Source: Nemertoderma westbladi
Taxonomy: Eukaryota > Animalia > Xenacoelomorpha
Assembly: GCA_032718475.1 (NCBI GenBank)
Contig: JAUCBJ010000315.1
Coordinates: forward strand, 1 to 64,000
Direction: 5' to 3'
Length of the DNA stretch: 64,000 nt
Position 1 is the first letter of the stretch; the number at the start of each line of letters is the position of its first letter. Positions 37,290 to 48,918 of the stretch are shown in pieces. A program made the translations under genes and the position numbers. Below the pieces are notes generated by a model. That model made no database searches. It was not told the DNA's origin and worked only from the letters and a program-made list of their open reading frames with translations.

Positions 37290-39108
37290 AATTTTCGATC
37301 ACCAAAAACCAAAACTAAACGACATATCGCCGACAAACGATATAAAACATTTTCTATTTGAGCAATCTACTAAAGATTAAAGTTATAAAGTGATGTCGCC
37401 ATAATTTGTAGTAATGTAATAATGTAGTCACACAAAAGAAAGAAGGACGACAGAAAATAGGCCAACCCCTTTCGGAGTGAATGTTGAATCGAACAAAGGT
37501 TTACATAAAGGTGGCATTGGGCCAAATCATAATTGTTCGTTGGAGCAAAATTAATTGTTAGTCGAATTAATATCTGGGGCCGTTTAAACAGCAGTATAGA
37601 GAGAGGAAAATTCAAACTATTCAAACCAATTCAAACACTAAAGAAACATTTATTATCATTAAAGTTATCTTGAAATTAATATGTGTCACACGGGAGAAGT
37701 AATTTAATATATAAATTAATATACAAAAATATACGTCTAGTGGTAAAATTCCTGGTGTTCCAGTCATGAGGTCCTGGTTCGATCCCTAGATGGGGCAACA
37801 CTACGTGGGAACAGGGATTCAATTGCTGTAGCCCAACATAGACCTTCATCCATTACTGGAGTAGATAAATGGGAACCACATCAACTTGGGAAACAGTGTG
37901 GAACGGATTCCTGTGGACCACGCGGTTGTGAAAAGACATTACTTGGCTTAATTAACCAGAAAGATTCTCCTCCTATTCAATATTCAAAAATATATTTATT
38001 ATATTTAGCAAGAAATATATATATAGTTGGTTTATAAAAACTTGGTTTACCAAGTTTATTAAATACATTGAAACTAAATTACATTTTTATTCATCTTGAT
38101 GGACACTAAGGAATTGTGACATTTTAAATCCTTCTTCATTATTGGTGCGGATTAAACGTTATTGGATCCCAAATAAAATTAAATAATTTAATATAATTCC
38201 GTAGATCGTTGTACGAAAAGGTCCTACTGTATTAAACGTTAAAGAACCGATTATTTAAGCAAACCTCATTCTTTGCGCTCGCTTTGTAAGAACAAATCAC
38301 AACTCGGTGAATTAATTTATTCTCTCAATGTAAAAATATTAATTAAGGGAAATGAGCAGGTTTCAGTCGCACGTAATTCTAACCAAAACAATAAACGAAA
38401 GCAATAGAACAACTTACAGTTTCATTTTTGGGAGAAATCAGCTGTTATATGTTAGTAATGAAGCAGGTTACAGAGGCGTGTTGTGGGAACCAAAACAATA
38501 CACGAAAGTTAAAACATGTGTTTAGTATAGGTCTTTATTATTTGAGTCATGGGTCTTTGGTCTTTGTTTTGTAGTCACCCAATAATTAATTAGTTTTTAA
38601 TTCAGTAGCATTTTCAGAGGAGGAAATGATTTATCTTTGAAAATTCTAATTGCGGAGCAGTTATATTATAATTATCTACCACTAATATCCGAGAATATTT
38701 AGAGCCATTATTTACACCCAATTAACTCGGACCCCAACAGACAGACAGACACCAACGTTCTACCTGAACCTACAGATTAACCGAGGTTTAAACAGTCCCC
38801 TGTTGCGACACACTTCTCCAGATAATTACTCCCCACAGAGCACAGAGAGTTAAGGAGCCACACGCCTCCCTCCCTAAACCCTAACTAACAGACAATGTCC
38901 TCTTGAAGAAGTTCACACATTATAAGTGGGATGAGGTCCATCCAGTTTGTGGGTTTGGGCCGAGCCAGTTAGCGGTTTGCGATGGACCCATAGAATCTAT
39001 TGAGTTTGCAAACAATTAACCCGTATTTGTAACTGTGCCCGGGTCGCATGTCCCTTATCAGTGAGGGGTATTAGAGTGTTAGAACGGGATGCGGAACCCA
39101 AGAGCTGT
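37290..39108 (-). repeat. Inverted paralog of 16605-19900, lacking the RTE at 17785-18622 and the 19230-19540 segment
   Basis: Reverse-complement matches to 19540-19900, 18700-19200 and 16605-17560, in collinear order. Confidence 0.85.
37735..37960 (+). mobile_element. tRNA-derived SINE
   Basis: A-box-like gtctagtggtaaa and B-box ggttcgatccc (37776-37786), followed by a ccttcatcc...gataaatg central motif reminiscent of metazoan SINE bodies. No tRNA acceptor stem. Confidence 0.6.
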
Positions 39109-39475
39109 ACTTGTTTAAAAATAGCCAGATAAAAAAGGAATTGAGTGAATTTTGTGAGCTTTCTAAGCATTTATTTATAACAATGAAGTTAAATACTGAT
39201 TACAAGTAATCTTCCACCACATTGGTAATGTATAATATACTCTATTTAATAGACCTACACTATATCTATAAATACAATACATTATGAATATATTTGATTA
39301 AATTCAATCATTGGTGCTGAATAATACTGTAATACGGTGCAGAATACAGTACAGAATACTGTAATTTAACAAAAAAATATTTTAATATCTATAATCACAA
39401 TTTAAATATTTAAGCCAGCCTTTTAAATAAAATACTACGGAGCCCTTATGGGTCATTTATTCATAACTACTAGGC

Positions 39476-39751
39476 CTACTACTACTACTAGGATCGGCAT
39501 GCTGCATTACAGCTGCATTTTAAGAATGCTGTGCCGGCTTGTCAACAAAATTGCACCGCCACAACTCCCTATCACCCATGACATTTGCTAGATCATCCGC
39601 ATCTTCAAGGCCAGTGTCCTTTAAGATGCGGATAATCTAGCAAATGTCATGGGTGATAGGGAGTTGTGGCGGTGCAATTTTGTTGACAAGCCGGCACAGC
39701 ATTCTTAAAAATGCAGCTGCAATGCAGCATGCCGATCCTAGTAGTAGTAGT
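39476..39751. mobile_element. Two RTE 3' ends joined head-to-head as a ~130-bp-arm palindrome
   Basis: Arms 39476-39605 and 39623-39751 are near-perfect reverse complements with (TAG)n tails pointing outward; 17-bp spacer. Confidence 0.9.
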
Positions 39752-40317
39752 CCTAGTATGTGACTTCCAAATCCTGGAAAGCCTATTCAAGGCTGCCCAT
39801 GCCTTTCCCTTAAGTATTCGAAAATAAAATTGTATAGTAATAAAATAATGTATGTATAAACACCATGATCCGTAATCTATGTCTGAAATTTTAAATCCAA
39901 CTAGTTCAACTCACCATCGATGACCCCATGTGAGGCCAGAATTTTCGATTTTCCCCATTTTTTACATTTTTGGTCGTAATTTATTATTATTACTAGAAAG
40001 CATGTGTTGCAAGGATTCCAAAAATATAATAAATATACCCTGACAGCGATTTTACAATCTTTGAATGACAATGTCAGCTGTTTCTCAACGAAACAAGATA
40101 TTGTTACATATTTGGATTCCTTCCACAAATTCTGGTTCCAAAGTCTTGGTGTAATTGACGGTTAGTTTATCTACAGTAATTGTGTTTAAAATTTCAAGTA
40201 ATATGAAAAAGATTTGCGGGAAAATATAGGTCCGTGTCACCATTGCCACTACATTACGGGAAAAGGTGTACCAATACAAAAAAAGGTTAATGTCAATCTT
40301 TATCAATACCCCGAATT

Positions 40318-41010
40318 CTAAAAGATTAGACACATTATGATGATCACGGCTAGTTGTATCATTGATGAGATGTTGTTTGCAGACCCATTCATCGTCGTGG
40401 TGTAATCGACAACGTTAGTGGTTGCATCGCCAGTCGTTGCTGCTACGGTAGTTGGACGTGATGTAAATAAGTCAGCTGCGTCCCATTCGAAAGCAGGGCA
40501 AGTGCTGTTACAGCAATCAAATTGACAAATTTCCTTTGTGAGTGTCATCTGACTCTTGTAAATTTCTTTCACTTTGAAGAAAAGATCACCGAAACCATTC
40601 ATCAGTTGATCTGCCACCTCGGGGGAAGTGAATATTGATTCGCATTGGAATCCTTCTGGATTAGAACATGGATTCTCATTGTTCCACGATACCTTGCAAC
40701 TGTATGCATTCCATTCCAACAAGCCGTTGAACTTAACATCATTCTCCATGACGTATCCAAAGAATCTCATGCTTAAAAATCCGCATTGGTCTTCGCAATG
40801 ATTTTCAATGAAGGGGGGTCTGTCTCCGAAGTTGGCAAATATTAGGCGGTCAATATACGATTGGACCTTATTTTCGAAATCTTCATTTTCATTTGTGTAA
40901 TTGTAGGTTGAACCAAATTTACAAGTGTAGCAAAATCCAAATGAGCAGTGCAACGCTAAGCAAAGCCCTTGTATGAGCCAGAGCTCATACCGACGAGCTG
41001 AGTTTCGCAT
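40318..41010 (-). CDS. Intronless secreted, probably GPI-anchored Cys-rich protein (Ly6/uPAR three-finger-like, 230 aa)
   Basis: Hydrophobic N-terminal signal ending near ...SFG; mature start FCYTC; 11 Cys ending in CQFDCCNSTC; Thr-rich stalk; small-residue omega-like site NGS followed by hydrophobic tail IQLAVIIIMCLIF. Long ORF in AT-rich DNA with no TE motifs. Confidence 0.7.
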   Translation of the reverse strand: MRNSARRYELWLIQGLCLALHCSFGFCYTCKFGSTYNYTNENEDFENKVQSYIDRLIFANFGDRPPFIENHCEDQCGFLSMRFFGYVMENDVKFNGLLEWNAYSCKVSWNNENPCSNPEGFQCESIFTSPEVADQLMNGFGDLFFKVKEIYKSQMTLTKEICQFDCCNSTCPAFEWDAADLFTSRPTTVAATTGDATTNVVDYTTTMNGSANNISSMIQLAVIIIMCLIF

Positions 41011-43769
41011 GCTAATTGCAAAGCGCCACTTTCATTGGAGATATTCAAAGATTCAATAGGTGTAAATTCATCGGGTCTATAAACCTTCTTTCTTATATTT
41101 CAAGAAAAGTGAATGTATAGTAATGAGATGCAATTAATCCTTGTTTTGTTTTTCCAATTAAATATATTCAATTGTATTTCCGATGATAAATGTAATAGTT
41201 ATGATATGATTCTAATTCACTTTATATTAAATATAAGTTATTGATTAATAGTGGATATTCGATCTTTGTTGTTTAAATTTTCGATACATACATAGATACA
41301 CGTTGTGGGGGCTTCGCGCGGCACAAGAGCCTATATAAGAAAGTGTACTGATCTCTATTAGATATACGAAAATCCTCATTCCCAAAATATCAACGAAGGA
41401 TGCTTTCAGTTTGTAAAAAACAGATATCCATTTGAGTTTGCATTAACTGTCATTTGTAAACCTTCTAACTAGGGCTACTTAAGTTAAGTATGACATTTTT
41501 AGTTTTACAATACTCGTCTCCTTCATTACCCTAGTTGCACTCACCCTGTTTTGTCTCAAAATATTTTTTATAAACGGAGACTAACGACCTTTATAACTAT
41601 GCAAAGTATCGAAATTGTGCGATTAATTGCTGATTTGTGGTAGATGGATACTCGTATCCACTGCAAAACTCGTTGCGTTCGTCCTGTACAACATTCCATT
41701 ATCAGTAATGGATAAAATGACATAATGACATGACCTGTACATCTGGTCACACAAATACCTAGCATAAAACATTCTACCACCGGTACTGATCAAAATGACA
41801 TATCGTCCAATACGCTAAACCAGGTTGTTTAGGAGTCATCATAATACTCGCCTCTTTCATTAACCTCGTTGCGATCGTCCTGAAGGCCACACAAAAATTA
41901 TACATGGGAAATTTATAAAGTTTTGGCAAACAACATGTGTGCAAAGTTTGGTTAGAACCCAAGATAATGACGAAGAATAAGGAAGACTCTCTAAACCTTT
42001 CAAGTTTATATCAAGCCCGGTTCACAGATACACTTTGTGGTGACAGTGAAGTGAAAATGCAGTTCCAGCGCTGTGAGAGAGTGGTGTGAGATAGCAGTGG
42101 CAGCGCAGTGAGAGCGTGGTGAGAGAGTGGTGACAGCGCTGTGAGAGTGCAGTGAGAGTGCCTTAAGTGAGCGGCGGTGACAGCGCGGTGAGAGAGTGGT
42201 GATAGAATAAAGATAGATCAGTCGATCAGTTAAGGGATTTGGAAGGTACTGTAAATTCGCTAAAGGGTACCGTAAAAGAACATAAATTTGAACTACAAGA
42301 AGCAACGGATTGCGTTGGAAAGCGATAAACTAGTTAGCATACAAAAGGGTATACCACCCCCTGTAACTGTATATAAGACTCTTACGTCTGAATCTAATAA
42401 TCGGAAAGTCGGAAACCCCTATAGCAAATAATATAAATAGACCAACTTATAATGAGACCCCTATATGTCTGACATGTCTATATGTATAGGTCCAACAGTA
42501 CAATATGCCGCCTGGCATATGGGGATACAGAAAAGGTTGAATAGTTTATGAAGTGGTCATCCTTGGGAGATTGTGTTGCGCAACCATTCTTTTCCGGTAA
42601 CATCCAAGAGAGAAAGGAGCTTCCGTTGCTTCTTGTTTCCTTCCTTCACTTTACTTTACATCATTTAGGTAAATACCAATTACGTCACACAATGTGCAAC
42701 TGTATGTAAAGTAATAAAATTCGGCAGTGTATCGCACTGTACTGTATGTCCGAGTTTAGGAACGGATACCGCAGAAATATACCACCGACAATAGTCTGAC
42801 TACCACCGACAAAAACTAATAATAAAAGAAACACACCCACATATGAAAAACACTAACGTTTTTTACCATTACGCTATGCAATATAATAATTTAAAACAGA
42901 TAATATATGAAGGCGGTATTATATTTTAAAGAAATTATCGTGACTAATTACACCACCGACAACAGGCCGACAGTGGACAATATACTTTGTTATAAATATT
43001 TGGACTGGAAATAAAAATTGTATAATCATGTACTTAAATAGTTTACTAACATTGCCGAAGTTGTCGGTATACTGTCGGTTTGCGATTTTACCTGTCGGTT
43101 TGTGTCGGTTTATGTCTTTTGTTGTCGGTGGTTGTCGGTGGTATGCGAAAGGTGTCGGTGACGTATATGCCCCTATATGTCTATATGTTTTTTGTTGGGA
43201 CGTGTTTATTGCAAATTTTCTCCAGTTTGTCATAAAAAACAACATTACATTTTTCTATATTTTCGACTTTTTTATCAGTATAAGACCAGTTAGAAGTTAG
43301 TTGAATATCGTGAAGAAAGTTTGTGCTATTGAAATTTGAAAAGTCAAATGCCGTATGATGATTTTAAAATAACAGGAATACTTTTGGAGCCAAGTAAAGG
43401 TGGGTTGATGGTCTGATATACCAATTTTTACTTTTAAAGTTCTCGATTTTGATAAACAAGAGGTAATACGATAATGTGATATGATATATAATAAATATAT
43501 ATAATATATAATATAATATATATATAATATAAAATATTATGATATATGATCGATTCAGTTTGAATAGTTGAACCGGTATTATTAGTCCAGGAGCTGCTAA
43601 TGCGAGTAGGTGAATTAATTAATTGTACAAATCCGTAGCTATTAAGTAAGTTGATATATTCCTTCGGTTTGTCCTCCAGACTGCCAGATACAGACTCTTA
43701 TGACGCTAATAAACAACACCAATACCAATACCAACGCTACTCCCATTCAAAATTCATATTTGTCACAGT

Positions 43770-43910
43770 GGGGATAAGTTACCAGGGGCGATAAAGACCC
43801 AGGGGCGATATATTCCCAAGGGGCAATAAAGGACCATTTGAGGGGCGATAAGTTCCCAGAGGGCGATAAGGGCCAGGGGCGACAAAGGTGCAAGGGGCGA
43901 GAAGCCCCAC
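43770..43910. repeat. Short degenerate tandem repeat of GGGGCGATAA-type units
   Basis: About seven ggggcga(t/c/g)a motifs in succession; probably the subterminal region of a DNA transposon. Confidence 0.6.
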
Positions 43911-44581
43911 AATCAGATTGAAAAGGTAAGCGAACCCGAAATGCACGTCCAATTCAGTGACGTGAATAACACAGACCAGAGTTCAGAGATGGAAGGATTC
44001 TACACCGATGAGTTTTCCGATGAGAGCGAATCCTGCTACATGATTAACGCAGCCATCTATAGAGCCCTCACCCAGCTACGTGTATAATTTTTTCATGACA
44101 TCCCTGCTACCGTATTTCGCTTGACACAAATGTGATGAACACAATAGGCCTAAAGGCCTTTGGGATAGCTCACCTTACATAAAAGAAATTGTCTTAAATA
44201 GATAATTAAATATATTTTATGAAAACATTTAAATTTAAAGTACAACCTGTTGGTTTAATAGAGTATAATACAGTAGTTTGCTATGACCTGATGTATAATA
44301 TACATCAGGTCATAGCAAACTACTGTATCATCAATGTATATTTATGTAGAGTATATAATAATTACATACATGTAGTAAAGAGGAAAGCTAGAAAGAATAC
44401 AAATCAATAATGTCATTACTCAACGTTATATATCCTCATCCTAAATAAATTGTTTGTTGGAATAGAGAAATAATGCTGTGAAGTAAATTATTAACTTCGT
44501 GAAATAACAAATTTAAAGAACAAGAGTGTGAGAGAATGTGATTAGATTCAAAACTACTATAAAAGTCTTAGGGTTTTAAGC

Positions 44582-45795
44582 CAGGGCCTTATTTAGGGAG
44601 CCGAAGGGGCCGAGGCCCCCCACCACAGGGGGCCCCCACCAGGATCCCACAACTATAGGGATCGACCGAACTATAGAGGAGCCGAACCGGAACCGAACTG
44701 AAACCGAACATGGCAATTTTGAATTTTACCACTTATTTTTCCCAAAATATATGAAAAACAAAAATAAAAAGTTATTGTGAAAAATAGTAAATATTTTTGT
44801 GGCTTATGAAATTATATTTTTTTAACCTTCAATTCTTGATTGATAAATTTAGTTAATTAGATAATTATGATAAAGTTAGATTTTTATTGATAAAACCCAT
44901 AAATAAAACGTGGATATAAAATGTAAAATCGGGATGCAAAAGATCACTTTCCGAGCTACGAAACGAAAATTGGATACAACTTGTCTGGATACAAGGGGTC
45001 CGTTTACCTTACAAAATGAAAAATAAAAATGTGGGAAGTTAAGAACAGTCGGGGGGGGGAGTGTCCGCGGGGGGGAAGTGTCCGGGGGGGAAGTGTCCGG
45101 GGGGGAAGTGTCCTACTTGAACGGGGGGAACTGTCCGGGGGGGAAGTGTCAGGGGGGGAAGTGTCTGGGGGTGAAGTGTCCGGGGGGGGAAGTGTCCTAC
45201 TTGAACGGGGGGGGGGGAACTGTCCGGGGGGGAAGTGTCCTACTTGAACGGGGGGGGGAACTATCCTACTTGAACGGGGGGGGGGGAACTGTCCGGGGGG
45301 GAAGTGTCCGCACACCCATCAGACATTTATTGAGGCTGAGGGCTGTGTAGGTTGACTGTCATTATTTACTAAAAGACCAACACTAGAAGCAACCTGCTCC
45401 AATGAGCAGGTTGCTCTAGGCTTACAATAAACTGAAGTAGAATTAGATCGTTTTTTTGACTTCGATTTATGACATGAATTTAGGAAAGAATTACCTAGAA
45501 TAAATAGTGGATGAAGACAAATAATTTGATGAAAATCACTCGAAATCTTCAAAGATAGATGGCAGTGGCACAGAAATCACTCAAAATAATTATTAGGCCC
45601 TAATTTTATTAACAATCAATATGGTGCTGAAGTGCATGAGCATTGAGGTGACTAGCGAACTTAATGCAGAACAGTTGTACAGTACATAATCAACATTATC
45701 GAATGCAGCAGCTATGTCTACCTAAACATTGAACGCTTGAACGCTGTTACTGAACGTTATTACCCAGGCCGCCCACCACTCTAAATCCGGCCCTG
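44582..45795. mobile_element. hAT-like non-autonomous element
   Basis: 15-bp TIRs CAGGGCCTTATTTAG / CAGGGCCGGATTTAG; 8-bp TSD ttttaagc / ttttaaac (1 mismatch). Confidence 0.75.
45050..45312. repeat. G-rich minisatellite (GGGGGGGAAGTGTCC units), G-quadruplex-prone
   Basis: Seen directly inside the hAT-like element. Confidence 0.85.
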
Positions 45796-48700
45796 TTTTA
45801 AACGCAACCAAGTTTAAATTTAAAATACAATTTTTCTGACCTGTTATGTAGAATAGCATCTTAGGTACATATATTCAAAATTATAGCCAAACCAAACAAT
45901 TCTGAAACGCTGAGAGTGATAAATCGAAGAATTGTCCGAAAATTATCACAAATACCAATTATGTGATTACTGGATGTAAAAAATACAAAAAAGGAATTAA
46001 TTTAATTTAAAACATAAAGGAAAATGAACATGTTACAGTGGAGATCTCTCTAACCAAAATAATAAAGAAAACTTTATACTTTAAAACTGTTGTAGCAAAC
46101 AACCCTGTAATGATGTGGGCCGAGCCACTAAGTAAGATGAGCCTTAGCAAAAAAAATATAGCACTGTAATATGTTCTACGGTTTATCATATGTTGCTCTT
46201 GGTTAGATTTACGACTTATTAACTGATCAAAATGCGGATTCTTCCACCAAATTTTTTTTTTTTTATGAAATTTATTAAACGTAATTTTAAAAGGACATAC
46301 TTCTCGCTACGCATGTTGTACAGTAAGGCTGCCTAGAAGTCAAAAGTCGGCGAGTTGTGAGATTTCAAGAAATCATCATTGATGGACATTAAAAGTGACA
46401 AAGAAACAGCCACTTACAGCGTCGACTGTTTAGTTTAAGCTTCGCTTACAATTATCCGACCCTGTCAATTAACAAACTCAATATAAGACCATCTGTTCCA
46501 TTTTAATACATCCTAGAGATTTTCGTAAGGGCCACCCATTTAATACCCCCTGCTAAACGCCCAGCGGACAGCGCCCTATAATTCAAGTGATATAATTACT
46601 CAACTTTCTTTGCAACATTCTTATACAAATAAATCCCAGTCAGTCGGCCGTTGTGTATAGGGGGACACAGCAGTATGACGACTTGGGTCGGGCCCTGTTA
46701 CAATGTAACTGTAGAGGAATCTATGGGAGAATTCAGTTTCATAGAATATACATTGTCTTCTTATAAACTTTTGTACACTTTCAGTGGTTGTAGGTATAGC
46801 AGCAGCAAGTGCATACACCAAGCACACACGTGTTCAGGTTAAAACACAGTCCAGGATGGCCATACTATAGAACAATATAGATCAAAGTACAGCAAGAAAT
46901 GGAAGAGGGAGAAGATTTTGCAGCCAGACAATAATGTACAGACCCATAACTATGTGCCGGCTTGTCGACAAAACTGCGCCGCCACAACTCCCTATCACCC
47001 ATGACATTTGCTAGATCATCCGCATCTTCAAGGCCAGTGTCCATTAAGATGCATCTCAAGAACGTCATGGACTGTCCACCATGCTTATTCACTCCATGCA
47101 CAAGATCCAAAGCACAAGATTATGTACTGGCTGGTCCTCACGGCGAAAGCAATGCCCTGCAAAGCGGAGGCGGCTTTGTTCTAGTTAGTGTAAAGTTTAG
47201 GGGAACCAATGAAACACCTCCAATGTTATATAGTGTCTGGTTGGACATGTGAGCATTGTACTTGACACAGTGAACCCGGCGTTGCATTCGTGTGAATCTG
47301 CCATCCATGGTGTCCTCAGCAGTTAGAGCCCAACATTGACTCCAGCAAACACATACCCCAGGTACACGAAGAACAGCACTAAACACACATAGTACCACCA
47401 GTACGCAAGTTTATACCTACACAGCACTTTTGAGAGAGACAGTTATGAGAGAATCCCCAAATAGAAACATTGGTAATTCGAAGATAAGAGAGCAATTGAA
47501 GCGTAAACCTCGCTAATGTACCGAGAACAGAATACCGTAACATTAGGCCTAAGTTTAGCGACATAACTCCATATCATTGTAGGCTCACTCTTAGCTACAA
47601 CAAGAAGGGCCTTAGTAATAACAGATGGGTCGGCAGTTGATTTACGATTAATTAACCAATTAAGAAGAGGAGGTGGCGCTGGTGGCCTCCTTCTTCGCAT
47701 GTAAGTTAGCCAATTACAGCGCCAGTTATATCCGATAGATGTTAGGTAACTTTATGAGATAAAAATGGATGGGGTGAATGAGACTTTTAATGAATGGTAG
47801 AGATTTAGGTTCCGGGACATAAAAATGATCCTGACATTCTGATGTAGATAAGTATAGATAGGCCTACCACTACTACTAACTATAATCGGCCTGTTGTATT
47901 GCAGCTGCACATATTGCTGGCTTAACAAAGGCCACCACCATGCAATCCACAATTGGCATGCTACAATGCAGCGTGCATTAAGAATGCTATGCCGCTATGA
48001 ATGCTACAATACAGTATTGGAATGACACATGTCATAATGATACGATATTGGTGTTTGTTATGAACTGATTGTTAGTAGCAAAAGGTACTATTAGAAGATA
48101 GTGGGGGTATAACCTCGGGAATATCATACAGATAAAACACAGCGTTACCCAGCAGGCACATCTTACCAACGATGGTAAGAAATATAACATAGCTTAATCG
48201 GACCAATAAGTTAGTTTAATAAGCCAAGTAGGACCAATAAGAGTAGTTTGGGTTAAAGATTTGAAACAATATCAACCTGAATGATACAGTGCATGATCCC
48301 GCTATATGATAGCCAGCTGTTGGGAGTTTCTCAGCTATTGACATACCGCAAACATAAATAATTATTGTTAAAATATATATATTATATTAATCTTTAATCC
48401 AGGGACGTATGCCCATATCATACAAAGTAAAAATATATATTAAAATTAAAGCAGAGCACAAGATAAACTGTACTTATAGAAGATTGTAATTGGTGGTACT
48501 TTAAAATAAGGTGACATGCACAGACAAGATAATAAAGGTACGAAAAATAAACCAAAAGAAAAAAAAGATATTAAATACAAATATATATTTACAACCCAGC
48601 TGTGTATGGATATGTCCTTCATAATAAATACACAGCTCTATTTTGAGGATGGAGACTGAAGAGGAAGTGGATTCACATGGCTGACCACAAATTGTCGTGT

Positions 48701-48918
48701 TGCAGTTGTAAAAAATACATAAATATACCTTGTAATTCTACCTGCAGAAAATGTGTTGTAACTAGTAAATTATGAAACCGAATTCATAAATTTATTATTC
48801 CATTACTAAATTATAAAATCAGGCGAAGCACAAATGATCACAAATTAATTAAGTAGAATAATTAAGATAGAAGCACAGGTTAACAATAAATATTTACAAG
48901 AAAGAAACAGATATGTAA

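Noticed and set aside
37735-37800. Possible tRNA gene
   Set aside because: A/B-box-like motifs are present, but there is no acceptor stem or full cloverleaf and it continues into a SINE-like body.
42040-43170. Degenerate gtgagag repeats and clusters of ccgaca/tgtcgg motifs
   Set aside because: Probably remnants of non-autonomous DNA elements, but I could not define termini or TSDs.
45004-45350. Pro-rich and Gly-rich ORFs
   Set aside because: Translations of the G-rich minisatellite.
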